Below, one piece after another: positions 42,160 through 55,022 of a stretch of 64,000 nt of DNA. The position numbers and the translations under genes were made by a program. Below the pieces are notes generated by a model. The model searched no databases. It saw only the letters and a list, made by a program, of their open reading frames with translations, and was not told the origin of the DNA. The first letter of the stretch is position 1. Every line of letters begins with the position of its first letter. The DNA lies in assembly GCF_009914755.1 (NCBI RefSeq), contig NC_060940.1, one strand, 5' to 3'. The DNA comes from the human T2T-CHM13v2.0 reference genome, Homo sapiens.

Positions 42160-43625
42160 GATGATTCCATTGGATTCCATTCGATGATGATTCCATTCAA
42201 ATCCATTCGATAATTCAATTCAAGTCCATTCGATGATGATTCCAATCGAATCCATTCAAAGATTCCATTCAATTCCATTCGATGATGATTCCCTTAGATT
42301 CCATTCGATGATTCCACTTGATTCCATTTACGATGATTGCATTCGATTCCATGTGATGAATCCATTCAATTCTATTCAATGATGTTTCCATTTGATTCCA
42401 TTGGACCATGATTGCCTTTGATTCCATTCAATGATTCCATTCGGTTCCATTTGATGATGATTCCGTTCGATTCCATTTCATTATTCCATTTGATTCCATT
42501 GGATGAGTCCATTCGATTACATTCGATGATTATTCCATTCGAGTGCATTAGATGATTGCATTCGAGTCCATTCGATGATTCCATTCGATTCTATTCGATG
42601 TTGATTCTGTTCAAATCCATTCGATGATTCCACTCGATTCCATTCGATGACTCCATTTGATCCCACTCGATGATTTCCTGTGATTCCCTTTGATGATCAT
42701 TCTATTTGATTCAATTCGGTGATTTCATTTCATTCCATTCAGTGATGTTTCCATTCGACTCTATTCGATGATGATTCCATTCGACTCCATTCGATTATGA
42801 TTTCATTCAATTCCATTCAATAATGATTCCCTTCGAGTCCATTCGATGATTCCATTCGATTCCATTCAACGATGATTTGATTCGTTTCCATTCGATGATT
42901 CCATTGGATTCCATTCGATGATGATTCCATTCAAATCCATTCGATAATTCAATTCAAGTCCATTCAATGATGATTCCAATCGAATCCATTCAAAGATTCC
43001 GTTCAGTTCCATTCGATGATTCCCTTAGATTCCATTCGATGATTCCACTTGATTCCATTTACGATGATTCCATTCGATTCCATGTGATGATTCCATTCAA
43101 TTCTATTCAATGATGTTGCCATTTGATTCCATTCGACCATGATTGCCTTTGATTCCATTCAATGATTCCATTCGGTTCCTTTTGATGATGATTCCGTTCG
43201 ATTCCATTTGATGATTCCATTTGATTCCATTGGATGAGTCCATTCGATTATATTCGATGATTATTCCATTCGAGTGCATTAGATGATTCCATTCGAGTCC
43301 ATTCGGTGATTCCATTCGATTCCATTCGATGTTGATTCTGTTCAAATCCATTCGATGATTCCACTCGATTCCATTCGATGACTCCATTTGATCCCATTCG
43401 ATGATTTCCTGTGATTCCCTTTGATGATCATTCCATTTGATTCAATTCGGTGATTTCATTTGATTCCATTCAGTGACGTTTCCATTCCACTCCATTCGAT
43501 GATGATTCCATTCGACTCCATTCGATTATGATTTCATTCAATTCCACTCGATAATGATTCCCTTCAAGTCCATTCGATGATTCCATTCGATTCCATTCAA
43601 CGATGATTTGATTCGTGTCCATTCG
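42160..43625 (+). repeat. Nested ~731-bp tandem duplication, instance 2
   Basis: ORF 42372->43103 (+731); same junction sequence at ~42867-42907. Confidence 0.85.
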
Positions 43626-46600
43626 ATGATTCCATTTGATTCCACTTGATGATGATTCCATTCGAGTCCATTTGATGATTCCATTCAATTCCATTCTCCG
43701 ATGATTTCTTTTGAGCCCATTCAATGCTTCCACTCGATTCCATATGATGATGACTCCATTCGATGAAATTCGATGATGATTCCATTCGCTTGCTTTCGAT
43801 GATGATTCCACTTGAGTCCGTTAGAAGATTCTATTCAATTACATTCCATGACGATTCCGTTCGAGTCCATTTGATGATTCCATTAGACTCCATTCGACGA
43901 TGATTCCATTCGATGTTATTCGATGATTCCATTCGATCTCATTCGATGATGATTCCATTCAACTCCATTCGATGTTTCCATTCGAGTTCATACTATTATT
44001 CCATTAGATTCCATTCGATGATGATTCCATTCGATTCCATTTGATGATTGCATTCTATTTCATTTAATGATGATTCCATTCGAGACCACTCGATGATTCC
44101 ATTCGAGTCCATTTAATGAATCCATTGGTTTCAATTCTATGATGATTACTTTGGATTCCATTCGTTGATGATTTCATTCGGTTCCATTCAATGATGATTC
44201 CATTCAATTCCTTTCAATGTTTCCATTCAGTTCCATACGATGATGATTCCATTTGATTTGATTCGACAGTGAGCCATTCGATTCAATTCCATGATGATTC
44301 TATTTGATTCAATTGGTTGACATTTCCATTCGATTCCATTCGATGATGATTCCCTTTGATTCCATTCAAAGATGATTCCATTCTAGCCCATTCAATCATT
44401 CCATTCGATTCTATTCAATGATGATTCCACTCATGTCGATTTGGTGATTCCATTTGACTTCATTTGATGATGATTTCTTTCAAGTTCATTAGATGATTCC
44501 ATTCGATTCCATTTGATGATGATCCCATTCGAGTCCATTCAGTGATTCCATTCGTTTCCATTCCATGATGATTCCATTCCATTCCATGCAATGATTCCAT
44601 TCGATTCCGTTTGATGATGATTTCATTCGAGTCCATTTGATGATTCCATTTGATTCCATTCGATGATGATTCCATTCGAGTCCATTCGATGATTCTACTC
44701 GAATCCACTTCATGATTTCTTTTGATTATAGTTGGTGATGATTCCATTGGAGTCCATTCAATGATTCCATTCGATTCCAATCGATGGTGATTCCATTAAA
44801 GTCCATTTAATGATTCCATTTGATTCCAGTCTCTGATGATTACATTCGAGTCCATACGATGATTCCACTCAATTCCATATGATGATGATTCCATTCGATT
44901 CCATTCGATGATTCCATTCTATTCTATTCAATGGTGATTCCATTCGAGTACATTAGATGATTCCATTCGATTCCATTCAATGATGATTCTATTTGTGTCC
45001 CTTAGATGATTCCACATGATTCCATTAGATGATGATACTATTTGAGCCCATCCAATGATTCCCTTCGATTCCATTCGATGAGGATTCCATTCGATTCAAT
45101 TCATTGGTGATTCTATTCAATTCAATTCTTTGATTCCATTCCATTCCATTCGACAATGATTCCATTCGATTTCTTTCGATGATTCCACTCGATTCCACTT
45201 GACATTGATTCCATTCGATTCCATTCAATGATTCCATTTGATTCCAGTGGATGATGATTGCCATCGATTCCATTCGATCACTCCATTCTATTCCATTTGA
45301 TGATGATTACATTCGATTCCATTTGATGATTCCATCTGATTCTATTCGAGGATTCCATTTGATTCCTTTCGATGATGATTCCATTCGAGTCCATTCGATG
45401 ATTTCATTCGAGTACATCCAATGATTCCATTCGAGTCCATTTGATGATTCCATTTGATTCCATTTGATAATGATTCTACTAGAGTCCATTCAATGACTCC
45501 ATTGGAGTCCATTCAACAATTCCATTCGACTCCATTCGATGATTCCATTCGAGTCCATTTGATGATTCCATTCGAGTCCATTTAATCATTACAGTCGAGT
45601 CCATTTGGTGATTCCACTGGATTTCTTTTGATAATGATACCATTCAATTACATTTGATGATGATCCCATTCAATTTCATTTGATGATGATTCCATTAGAG
45701 TCCATTCGATGATTTCATTCGAGTCCCTTCATTGATTCCATCCGATTTCATTGGATGATGACTCCATTCGAGTCCATTCGATGATTCCACTCGATTCCAT
45801 TAGATGATTCCATTGGAGTCCATTTGATTGTTCCATTCGATTCCATTCGATTCCTTTCGAAGATTATTCCATTTGAGTCCATTCGATGATGATTCCATTC
45901 CATTCCATTCGATGATTCCGTTTGATTCCATTCGATGATTCCCTTCGATTCCTTTCTTTGATGATTCCATTCCATTCCATTCAATGATTATTTTCGAATC
46001 TATTCCATGATGATTCCTTTCGATTCCATTCGCTGATGTTTCTGTTCAATTCCATTCGATGATGATTCCATTCGATTCCATTCATTGAGGATTCCATTTG
46101 ATTCCATTAAATGATGATTCCGTTCTATTCCATTCAATGATTGCATTCAATTCCATTCAATGATTATCCCCTTAGAGTAAACTCAACAATTCCATTCAAT
46201 ACCATTCGATGATGATTCCTTTTGAGTCCATTCAATGATTTCATTCAAGTCCATTTGATGATTCCTTTCAATTCCATTCTATGATGATTCCATTCGAGTC
46301 CATTCGATGATTCCATTCGATTACATTCGATGATTCCATTATATTCCATTCAACGATGATTCCATTCGAGTCCATTCGATGATTCCATTAGAGTATATTT
46401 AATGATTGCTTTGTTTTCAATTCGAAGATGATTACATTGGATTCCATTCTATGATGCCATTCGATTCCATTCAATGATGATTCCACTCAAATCCATTGGA
46501 TGATTCCATTCGTGTCCATTCGGTGATTTCATTACATTCCATTCGAGGATGATTCCATTCGATTCCATTCGATGATTCCATTTAATTCCATTCGATGATG

Positions 46601-47094
46601 ATTCCATTCCCGTCCATATGATCATTCCATTTGATTTCATTCGATGACGATTCCATTCGATTCCATTCGATGATTCCATTCTATTCCATTCGATGATGAT
46701 TCCATTCGAGTCCATTCGATGATTCCATTCGAATCCATTTAATGATTCCATTGGGTTCAATTCAATGATGATTACATTGGATTCCGTTCTATGATTCCAT
46801 TCAATTCCGTTCATTGACAATTTGATTCCATTCGATGATGATTCCATTTGAGTTCATTCGATGATTCTATTCGATTCTCTTCGATGGTGATTCAATTCTA
46901 TTATATTGGATGATTCCATTCGATTCCATTTGATGTTGATTCAATTCGATTCTATTCGATGATGATTCCATTGGATTTCACTTGATGATTCTATTCGATT
47001 CCATTCAATGATGATTCACTTCTCGTCCATTGGATGATTCCATTTCATTCCATTCGATGATGATTCCATTCGATTCCATTCGATGATTCCATTT

Positions 47095-49270
47095 GATTCC
47101 ACTTGATGATGATTCCATTCGAGTCCATTTGATGATTCCATTCAATTCCATACTCCGATGATTTCTTTTGAGCCCATTCAATGCTTCCACTCGATTCCAT
47201 ATGATGATGACTCCATTCGATGAAATTCGATGATGATTCCATTCGCTTGCATTCGATGATGATTCCTCTTGAGTCCGTTAGAAGATTCTATTCAAATACA
47301 TTCCATGACGATTCCGTTCGAGTCCATTTGATGATTCCATTAGACTCCATTCGACGATGATTCCATTCGATGTTATTCGATGATTCCATTCGATCTCATT
47401 CGATGATGATTCCATTCAACTCCATTCGATGTTTCCATTCGAGTTCATTCTATTATTCCATTACATTCCATTCGATGATGATTCCATTCGATTCCATTTG
47501 ATGATTGCATTCTATTTCATTTGATGATGATTCCATTCGAGTCCACTCGATGATTCCATTCGAGTCCATTTAATGAATCCATTGGTTTCAATTCTATGAT
47601 GATTACATTGGATTCCATTCGTTGATGATTTCATTCGGTTCCATTCAATGATGATTCCATTCAATTCCTTTCAATGTTTCCATTCAATTCCATACGATGA
47701 TGATTCCATTTGATTTGATTCGACAGTGAGCCATTCGATTCAATTCCATGATGATTCTATTTTATTCAATTGGTTGACATTTCCATTCGATTCCATTCGA
47801 TGATTATTCCCTTTGATTCCATTCAAAGATGATTCCATTCTAGCCCATTCAATCATTCCATTCGATTCTATTCAATGATGATTTCATTCATGTCGATTAG
47901 GTGATTCCATTTGACTTCATTTGATGATGATTCCTTTCAAGTTCATTAGATGATTCCATTCGATTCCATTTGATGATGATCCCATTCGAGTCCATTTGAT
48001 GATTCCATTCGTTTCCATTCCATGATGATTCCATTCCATTCCATTCAATGATTCCATTCGATTCCGTTTGGTGATGATTTCATTCGAGTCCATTTGATGA
48101 TTCCATTTGATTCCATTCGATGATGATTCCATTCGAGTCCATTCGATGATTCTATTCGAATCCATTTGATGATTTCTTTTGATTATATTTTGTGATGATT
48201 CCATTGGAGTCCATTCAATGATTCCATTCGATTCCAATCGATGGTGATTCCATTAGAGTCCATTTAATGATTCCATTTGATTCCAGTCTCTGATGATTAC
48301 ATTCGAGTCCATACGATGATTCCACTCAATTCCATATGATGATGATTCCATTCGATTCCATTCCATGATTCCATTCGATTCCATTCAACGATGATTTGAT
48401 TCGTTTCCATTCGATGATTCCATTGGATTCCATTCGATGATGATTCCATTCAAATCCATTCGATAATTCAATTCAAGTCCATTCGATGATGATTCCAATC
48501 GAATCCATTCAAAGATTCCATTCAGTTCCATTCGATGATTCCCTTAGATTCCATTCGATGATTCCACTTGATTCCATTTACGATGATTCCATTCGATTCC
48601 ATGTGATGATTCCATTCAATTCTATTCAATGATGTTGCCATTTGATTCCATTCGACCATGATTGCCTTTGATTCCATTCAATGATTCCATTCGGTTCCTT
48701 TTGATGATGATTCCTTTCGATTCCATTTGATGATTCCATTTGATTCCATTGGATGAGTCCATTCGATTACATTCGATGATTATTCCATTCGAGTGCATTA
48801 GATGATTCCATTCGAGTCCATTCGATGATTCCATTCGATTCCATTCGATGTTGATTCTGTTCAAATCCATTCGATGATTCCACTCGATTCCATTCGATGA
48901 CTCCATTTGATCCCATTCGATGATTTCCTGTGATTCCCTTTGATGATCATTCCATTTGATTCAATTCGGTGATTTCATTTGATTCCATTCAGTGATGTTT
49001 CCATTCGACTCCATTCTATGATGATTCCATTCAACTCCATTCGATTATGATTTCATTCAATTCCATTCGATAATGATTCCCTTCAAGTCCATTCGATGAT
49101 TCCATGCGATTCCATTCAACGATGATTTGATTCGTGTCCATTCGATGATTCCATTTGATTCCACTTGATGATGATTCCATTCGAGTCCATTTGATGATTC
49201 CATTCAATTCCATTCTCCGATGATTTCTTTTGAGCCCATTCAATGCTTCCACTCGATTCCATATGATGAT
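47095..49270 (+). repeat. Mosaic of truncated unit fragments (reference ~960-2215, then ~895-930, then ~205-1065)
   Basis: Landmark order breaks at ~47095, ~48365, ~48405 and ~49265. Chimeric ORFs 47005..47190 and 49031..49327 span these joins. Confidence 0.75.
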
Positions 49271-52200
49271 GATTCCATTTGATTCCATTCGGTGATTCCA
49301 TTCTATTCTATTCAATGGTGATTCCATTCGAGTACATTAGATGATTCCATTCGATTCCATTCAATGATGATTCTATTTGTGTCCCTTAGATGATTCCACA
49401 TGATTCCATTAGATGATGATACTATTTGAGCCCATCCAATGATTCCCTTCGATTCCATTCGATGAGGATTCCATTCGATTCAATTCATTGGTGATTCTAT
49501 TCAATTCAATTCTTTGATTCCATTCCATTCCATTCGACAATGATTCCATTCGATTTCTTTCGATGATTCCACTCGATTCCACTTGACATTGATTCCATTC
49601 GATTCCATTCAATGATTCCATTTGATTCCAGTGGATGATGATTGCCATCGATTCCATTCGATCACTCCATTCTATTCCATTTGATGATGATTACATTCGA
49701 TTCCATTTGATGATTCCATCTGATTCTATTCGAGGATTCCATTTGATTCCATTCGATGATGATTCCATTCGAGTCCATTCGATGATTTCATTCGAGTACA
49801 TCCAATGATTCCATTCGAGTCCATTTGATGATTCCATTTGATTCCATTTGATTATGATTCTACTAGAGTCCATTCAATGACTCCATTCGAATCCATTCAA
49901 CAATTCCATTCGAGTCCATTCGATGATTGCATTTCATGATTCCATTCGAGTCCATTTAATCATTACAGTCAAGTCCGTTTGGTGATTCCACTGGATTTCT
50001 TTTGATAATGATACCATTCAATTATATTTCATGATGATCCCATTCAATTTCATTTGATGGTGATTCCATTAGAGTCCATTCGATGATTTCATTCGAGTCC
50101 CTTCATTGATTCCATGCGATTTCATTTGATGATGACTCCATTCGAGTTCATTCGATGATTCCACTCGATTCCATTTGATGATTCCATTGGTGTCCATTTC
50201 ATTGTTCCATTCTATTCCATTCGATTCCTTTCGAAGATTATTCCATTTGAGTCCATTCGATGATGATTCCATTCCATTCCATTCGATGATTCCGTTTGAT
50301 TCCATTTGATGATTCCCTTCGATTGCTTTCTTTGATGATTCCATTCCATTCCATTCAATGATTCCATTCGAATCTATTCCATGATGATTCCTTGCGATTC
50401 CATTCGCTGATGTTTCCATTCAATTCCATTCGATGATGATTCCATTCGATTCCATTCATTGAGGATTCCATTTGATTCCATTAAATGATGATTCCGTTCT
50501 ATTCCATTCAATGATTGCATTCAATTCCATTCAATGATTATCCCCTTAGGGTAAACTCATTGATTCCATTCAATACCATTCGATGATGATTCCTTTTGAG
50601 TCCATTCAATAATTTCATTCAAGTCCATTTGATGATTCCTTTCAATTCCATTCTATGATGATTCCATTCGAGTCCATTCGATGATTCCATTCAATTGCAT
50701 TCGATGATTCCATTATATTCCAGTCAACGATGATTCCATTCGAGTCCATTCGATGATTCCATTAGAGTACATTTAATGATTGCTTTGTTTTCAATTCGAA
50801 GATGATTACATTGGATTCCATTCTATGATACCATTCGATTCCATTCAATGATGATTCCACTCAAATCCATTGGATGATTCCATTCGTGTCCGTTCGGTGA
50901 TTTCATTAGATTCCATTCGAGGATGATTCCATTCGATTCCATTCGATGATTCCATTCAATTCCATTCGATGATGATTCCATTCCAGTCCATATGATCATT
51001 CCATTTGATTTCATTCGATGATGATTCCATTCGATTCCATTCGATGATTCCATTCTATTCCATTCGATGATGATTCCATTCGAGTCCATTCGATGATTCC
51101 ATTCGAGTCCATTTAATGATTCCATTGGGTTCAATTCAATGATGATTACATTGGATTCCGTTCTATGATTCCATTCAATTCCGTTCATTGACAATTTGAT
51201 TCCATTCGATGATGATTCCATTTGAGTTCATTCGATGATTCTATTCGATTCTCTTCGATGGTGATTCAATTCTATTATATTGGATGATTCCATTCGATTC
51301 CATTTGATGTTGATTCAATTCGATTCTATTCGATGATGATTCCATTGGATTTCACTTGATGATTCTATTCGATTCCATTCAATGATGATTCACTTCTCGT
51401 CCATTGGATGATTCCATTTCATTCCATTCGATGATGATTCCATTCGATTCCTTTCGATGATTCTATTTGATTCCATGCGACGGTGAGCAATTCGATTCAA
51501 TTCCATGATGATTCTATTTGATTCAATTAGATGATGTTTCCATTCGAATCCATTCCATGATTATTCCATTGGAATCCATTTGGCGATGATTCCATATGAG
51601 TCAATTCAATGATGATTCCATATGGGTCCGTTCGATGATAATTCCATTTGATTTCATTCGATGCTTCTATTCAATTCCAGTCGATGATGATTCCGTTGGA
51701 GTCCATACGATGATTCCATTTGATTTCATTTGATGATGATTCCATTCGATGATGATTACATTGGATTCCATTCTATGATTCCATTCAATTCCATTCGTTG
51801 ATGATTCGATTCCATTCAATGATGATTCCATTTGAGTTCATTCGATGATTCTATTCGATTCCGTTCGATGGTGATTCAATTCTATTATATTGGATGATTC
51901 CACTCGATTCCATTTGATGATTATTCCATTGGAGTCCACTTAGTGAATCCTTTAGATTCTACTCGAAGATGATTCCATTCGAGTCCATTCGATGATACCA
52001 TTCAATTCCATTCGTTGATGCTTCCATTCAAGTGCATTCGATGATATCATTCGATTCCATTTGATGATAATTCCATTTCATTCCATGCGATGATTCTATT
52101 CGATTCCATTCAATGATAATTCCATTCAATTCAGTGATTCCTCTGGACTCCATTTGATGATGATTCCATTCAATGATTCCATTCGATTCTATTCCAAAAT

Positions 52201-53395
52201 GATTCCATTTGAATCCATTTGATGATGATTCCATTAGATTCCATTTGATGATTCCATTCGATTCCATTTGATGATGATTCCATTCGATTCCATTTGATGA
52301 TTCCATTCTATTCTATTCGATGATGATTCCATTCGATTCCATTCGATGATGATTGGATTCGATTTCATTTGATGACTTCATTTGATTCCATTCGTTAATG
52401 ATGTCGATCAACTCCATTCGATGATTCCATTTGATTCCATTCGATAATGATTACATCCGAGTCCATTCGATGATTCCATTTGAGCCCGTTCGATAATTCC
52501 ATTTGAGTCCAATCAATGATTCCATTCATTTCCATTCAATGATTCCATTCGAGTCCATTTGATCATTCTGGTAGGGTCCGTTCGATGTTGATTCCATTGG
52601 AGTGCATTCGATGATTCCATTCGAGTCCATTTTATGATTTGATTCGAGTCCTTTCGATGATTCCATTCGATTCCACTCGATGATGATTTCATTCGAGTCC
52701 ATTCGACACTTCCAATCGATTCCATTTGATGTTTCCATTCGAGTCCAATTGATGATTCCATTCAATTCCATTCGATGATGATTCCGTACGATTCCATTCT
52801 GTGTTGATTCCATGTGATTGCATTCAATGATGATTCCTTTCGATTGCATTCGATTATGATTCATTTCGTGTTCATTCTATGGTTCCACAGGTTTCCATTC
52901 GATGACGTTTCCGTTCGTGTCCATTCCATTATTCCATTCTATTTCCTTTGATGATGATTTCATTCGATTCCATTCATTGGTGATTCCACTCAATTCCATT
53001 CAATGATTCCATTCCATTTCTTTCAACAATGATTCCATTAGTTTCTATTCGATGATCCACTTGATTCCATTTGGCGATGATTCCATTCGTGTCCATTCGA
53101 TGATTCCATTTGATTCCATATGATGATGATTCCATTCGATTCCATACGATGATGATTCCATTCGAGTCCATTCAATGGTGATTCCATTCAATTCCATTCG
53201 ATGATTCCTTCCGATTCCATTCGATGATGATGGCATTCGATTCCTTTCAATCATTCCCTTTGATTCCATTCAAAGGTGATTTCATTCAAGTCCATTCGAT
53301 AATTGCATTCGATTCCATTCTATGATGATTCCATTCGAGTCCATTTGATGATTCCATTCAATTCAAGTCAATGATGATTCCATTCGATTCCACTC

Positions 53396-54861
53396 GATGA
53401 TTCCATTGGATTCCATTCGATGATGATTCCATTCAAATCCATTCGATAATTCAATTCAAGTCCATTCGATGATGATTCCAATCGAATCCATTCAAAGATT
53501 CCATTCAATTCCATTCGATGATGATTCCCTTAGATTCCATTCGATGATTCCACTTGATTCCATTTACGAAGATTCCATTTGATTCCATGTGATGAATCCA
53601 TTCAATTGTATACAATGATGTTTCCATTTGATTCCATTGGACCATGATTGCCTTTGATTCCATTCAATGATTCCATTCGGTTCCATTTGATGATGATTCC
53701 GTTCGATTCCATTTCATTATTCCATTTGATTCCATTGGATGTGTCCATTCGATTACATTCGATGATTATTCCATTCGAGTGCATTAGATGATTGCATTCG
53801 AGTCCATTCGATGATTCCATTCGAATCCATTCGATGTTGATTCTGTTCAAATCCATTCGATGATTCCACTCGATTCCATTCGATGACTCCATTTGATCCC
53901 ATTCGATGATTTCCTGTGATTCCCTTTGATGATCATTCTATTTGATTCAATTCGGTGATTTCATTTCATTCCATTCAGTGATGTTTCCATTCGACTGTAT
54001 TCCATGATGATTCCATTCGACTCCATTCGATTATGATTTCATTCAATTCCATTCAATAATGATTCCCTTCGAGTCCATTCGATGATTCCATTCGATTCCA
54101 TTCAACGATGATTTGATTCGTTTCCATTCGATGATTCCATTGGATTCCATTCGATGATGATTCCATTCAAATCCATTCGATAATTCAATTCAAGTCCATT
54201 CAATGATGATTCCAATCGAATCCATTCAAAGATTCCATTCAGTTCCATTCGATGATTCCCTTAGATTCCATTCGATGATTCCACTTGATTCCATTTACGA
54301 TGATTCCATTCGATTCCATGTGATGATTACATTCAATTCTATTCAATGATGTTTCCATTTGATTCCATTCGACCATGATTGCCTTTGATTCCATTCAATG
54401 ATTCCATTCGGTTCCTTTTGATGATGATTCCGTTCGATTCCATTTGATGATTCCATTTGATTCCATTGGATGAGTCCATTCGATTACATTCGATGATTAT
54501 TCCATTCGAGTGCATTAGATGATTCCATTCGAGTCAATTCAATAATTCCATTCGATTCCATTCGATGTTGATTCTGTTCAAATCCATTCGATGATTCCAC
54601 TCGATTCCATTCGATGATTCCATTTGATCCCATTCGATGATTTCCTGTGATTCCCTTTGATGATCATTCCATTTGATTCAATTCGGTGATTTCATTTGAT
54701 TCCATTCAGTGACGTTTCCATTCGACTCCATTCGATGATGATTCCATTCGACTCCATTCGATTATGATTTCATTCAATTCCATTCGATAATGATTCCCTT
54801 CGAGTCCATTCGATGATTCCATTCGATTCCATTCAACGATGATTTGATTCGTGTCCATTCG
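53396..54861 (+). repeat. Nested ~731-bp tandem duplication, instance 3
   Basis: Same junction at ~54103-54143; TGATTCTGTTCAAATCC occurs at both ~53838 and ~54569. Confidence 0.82.
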
Positions 54862-55022
54862 ATGATTCCATTTGATTCCACTTGATGATGATTCCATTCG
54901 AGTCCATTTGATGATTCCATTCAATTCCATTCTCCGATGATTTCTTTTGAGCCCATTCAATGCTTCCACTCGATTCCATATGATGATGACTCCATTCGAT
55001 GAAATTCGATGATGATTCCATT

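Larger units (their letters stand above)
34345..47095 (+). repeat. 6860-bp period tandem duplication (~1.85 copies); unit = ~6.13-kb unit plus nested ~731-bp duplication
   Basis: ORFs 34878->41738, 35512->42372, 36243->43103, 36610->43470, 37600->44460, 38165->45025 and 38888->45748 are all +6860. 39588->46449 is +6861 after a 1-bp deletion near 39193. Confidence 0.88.
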
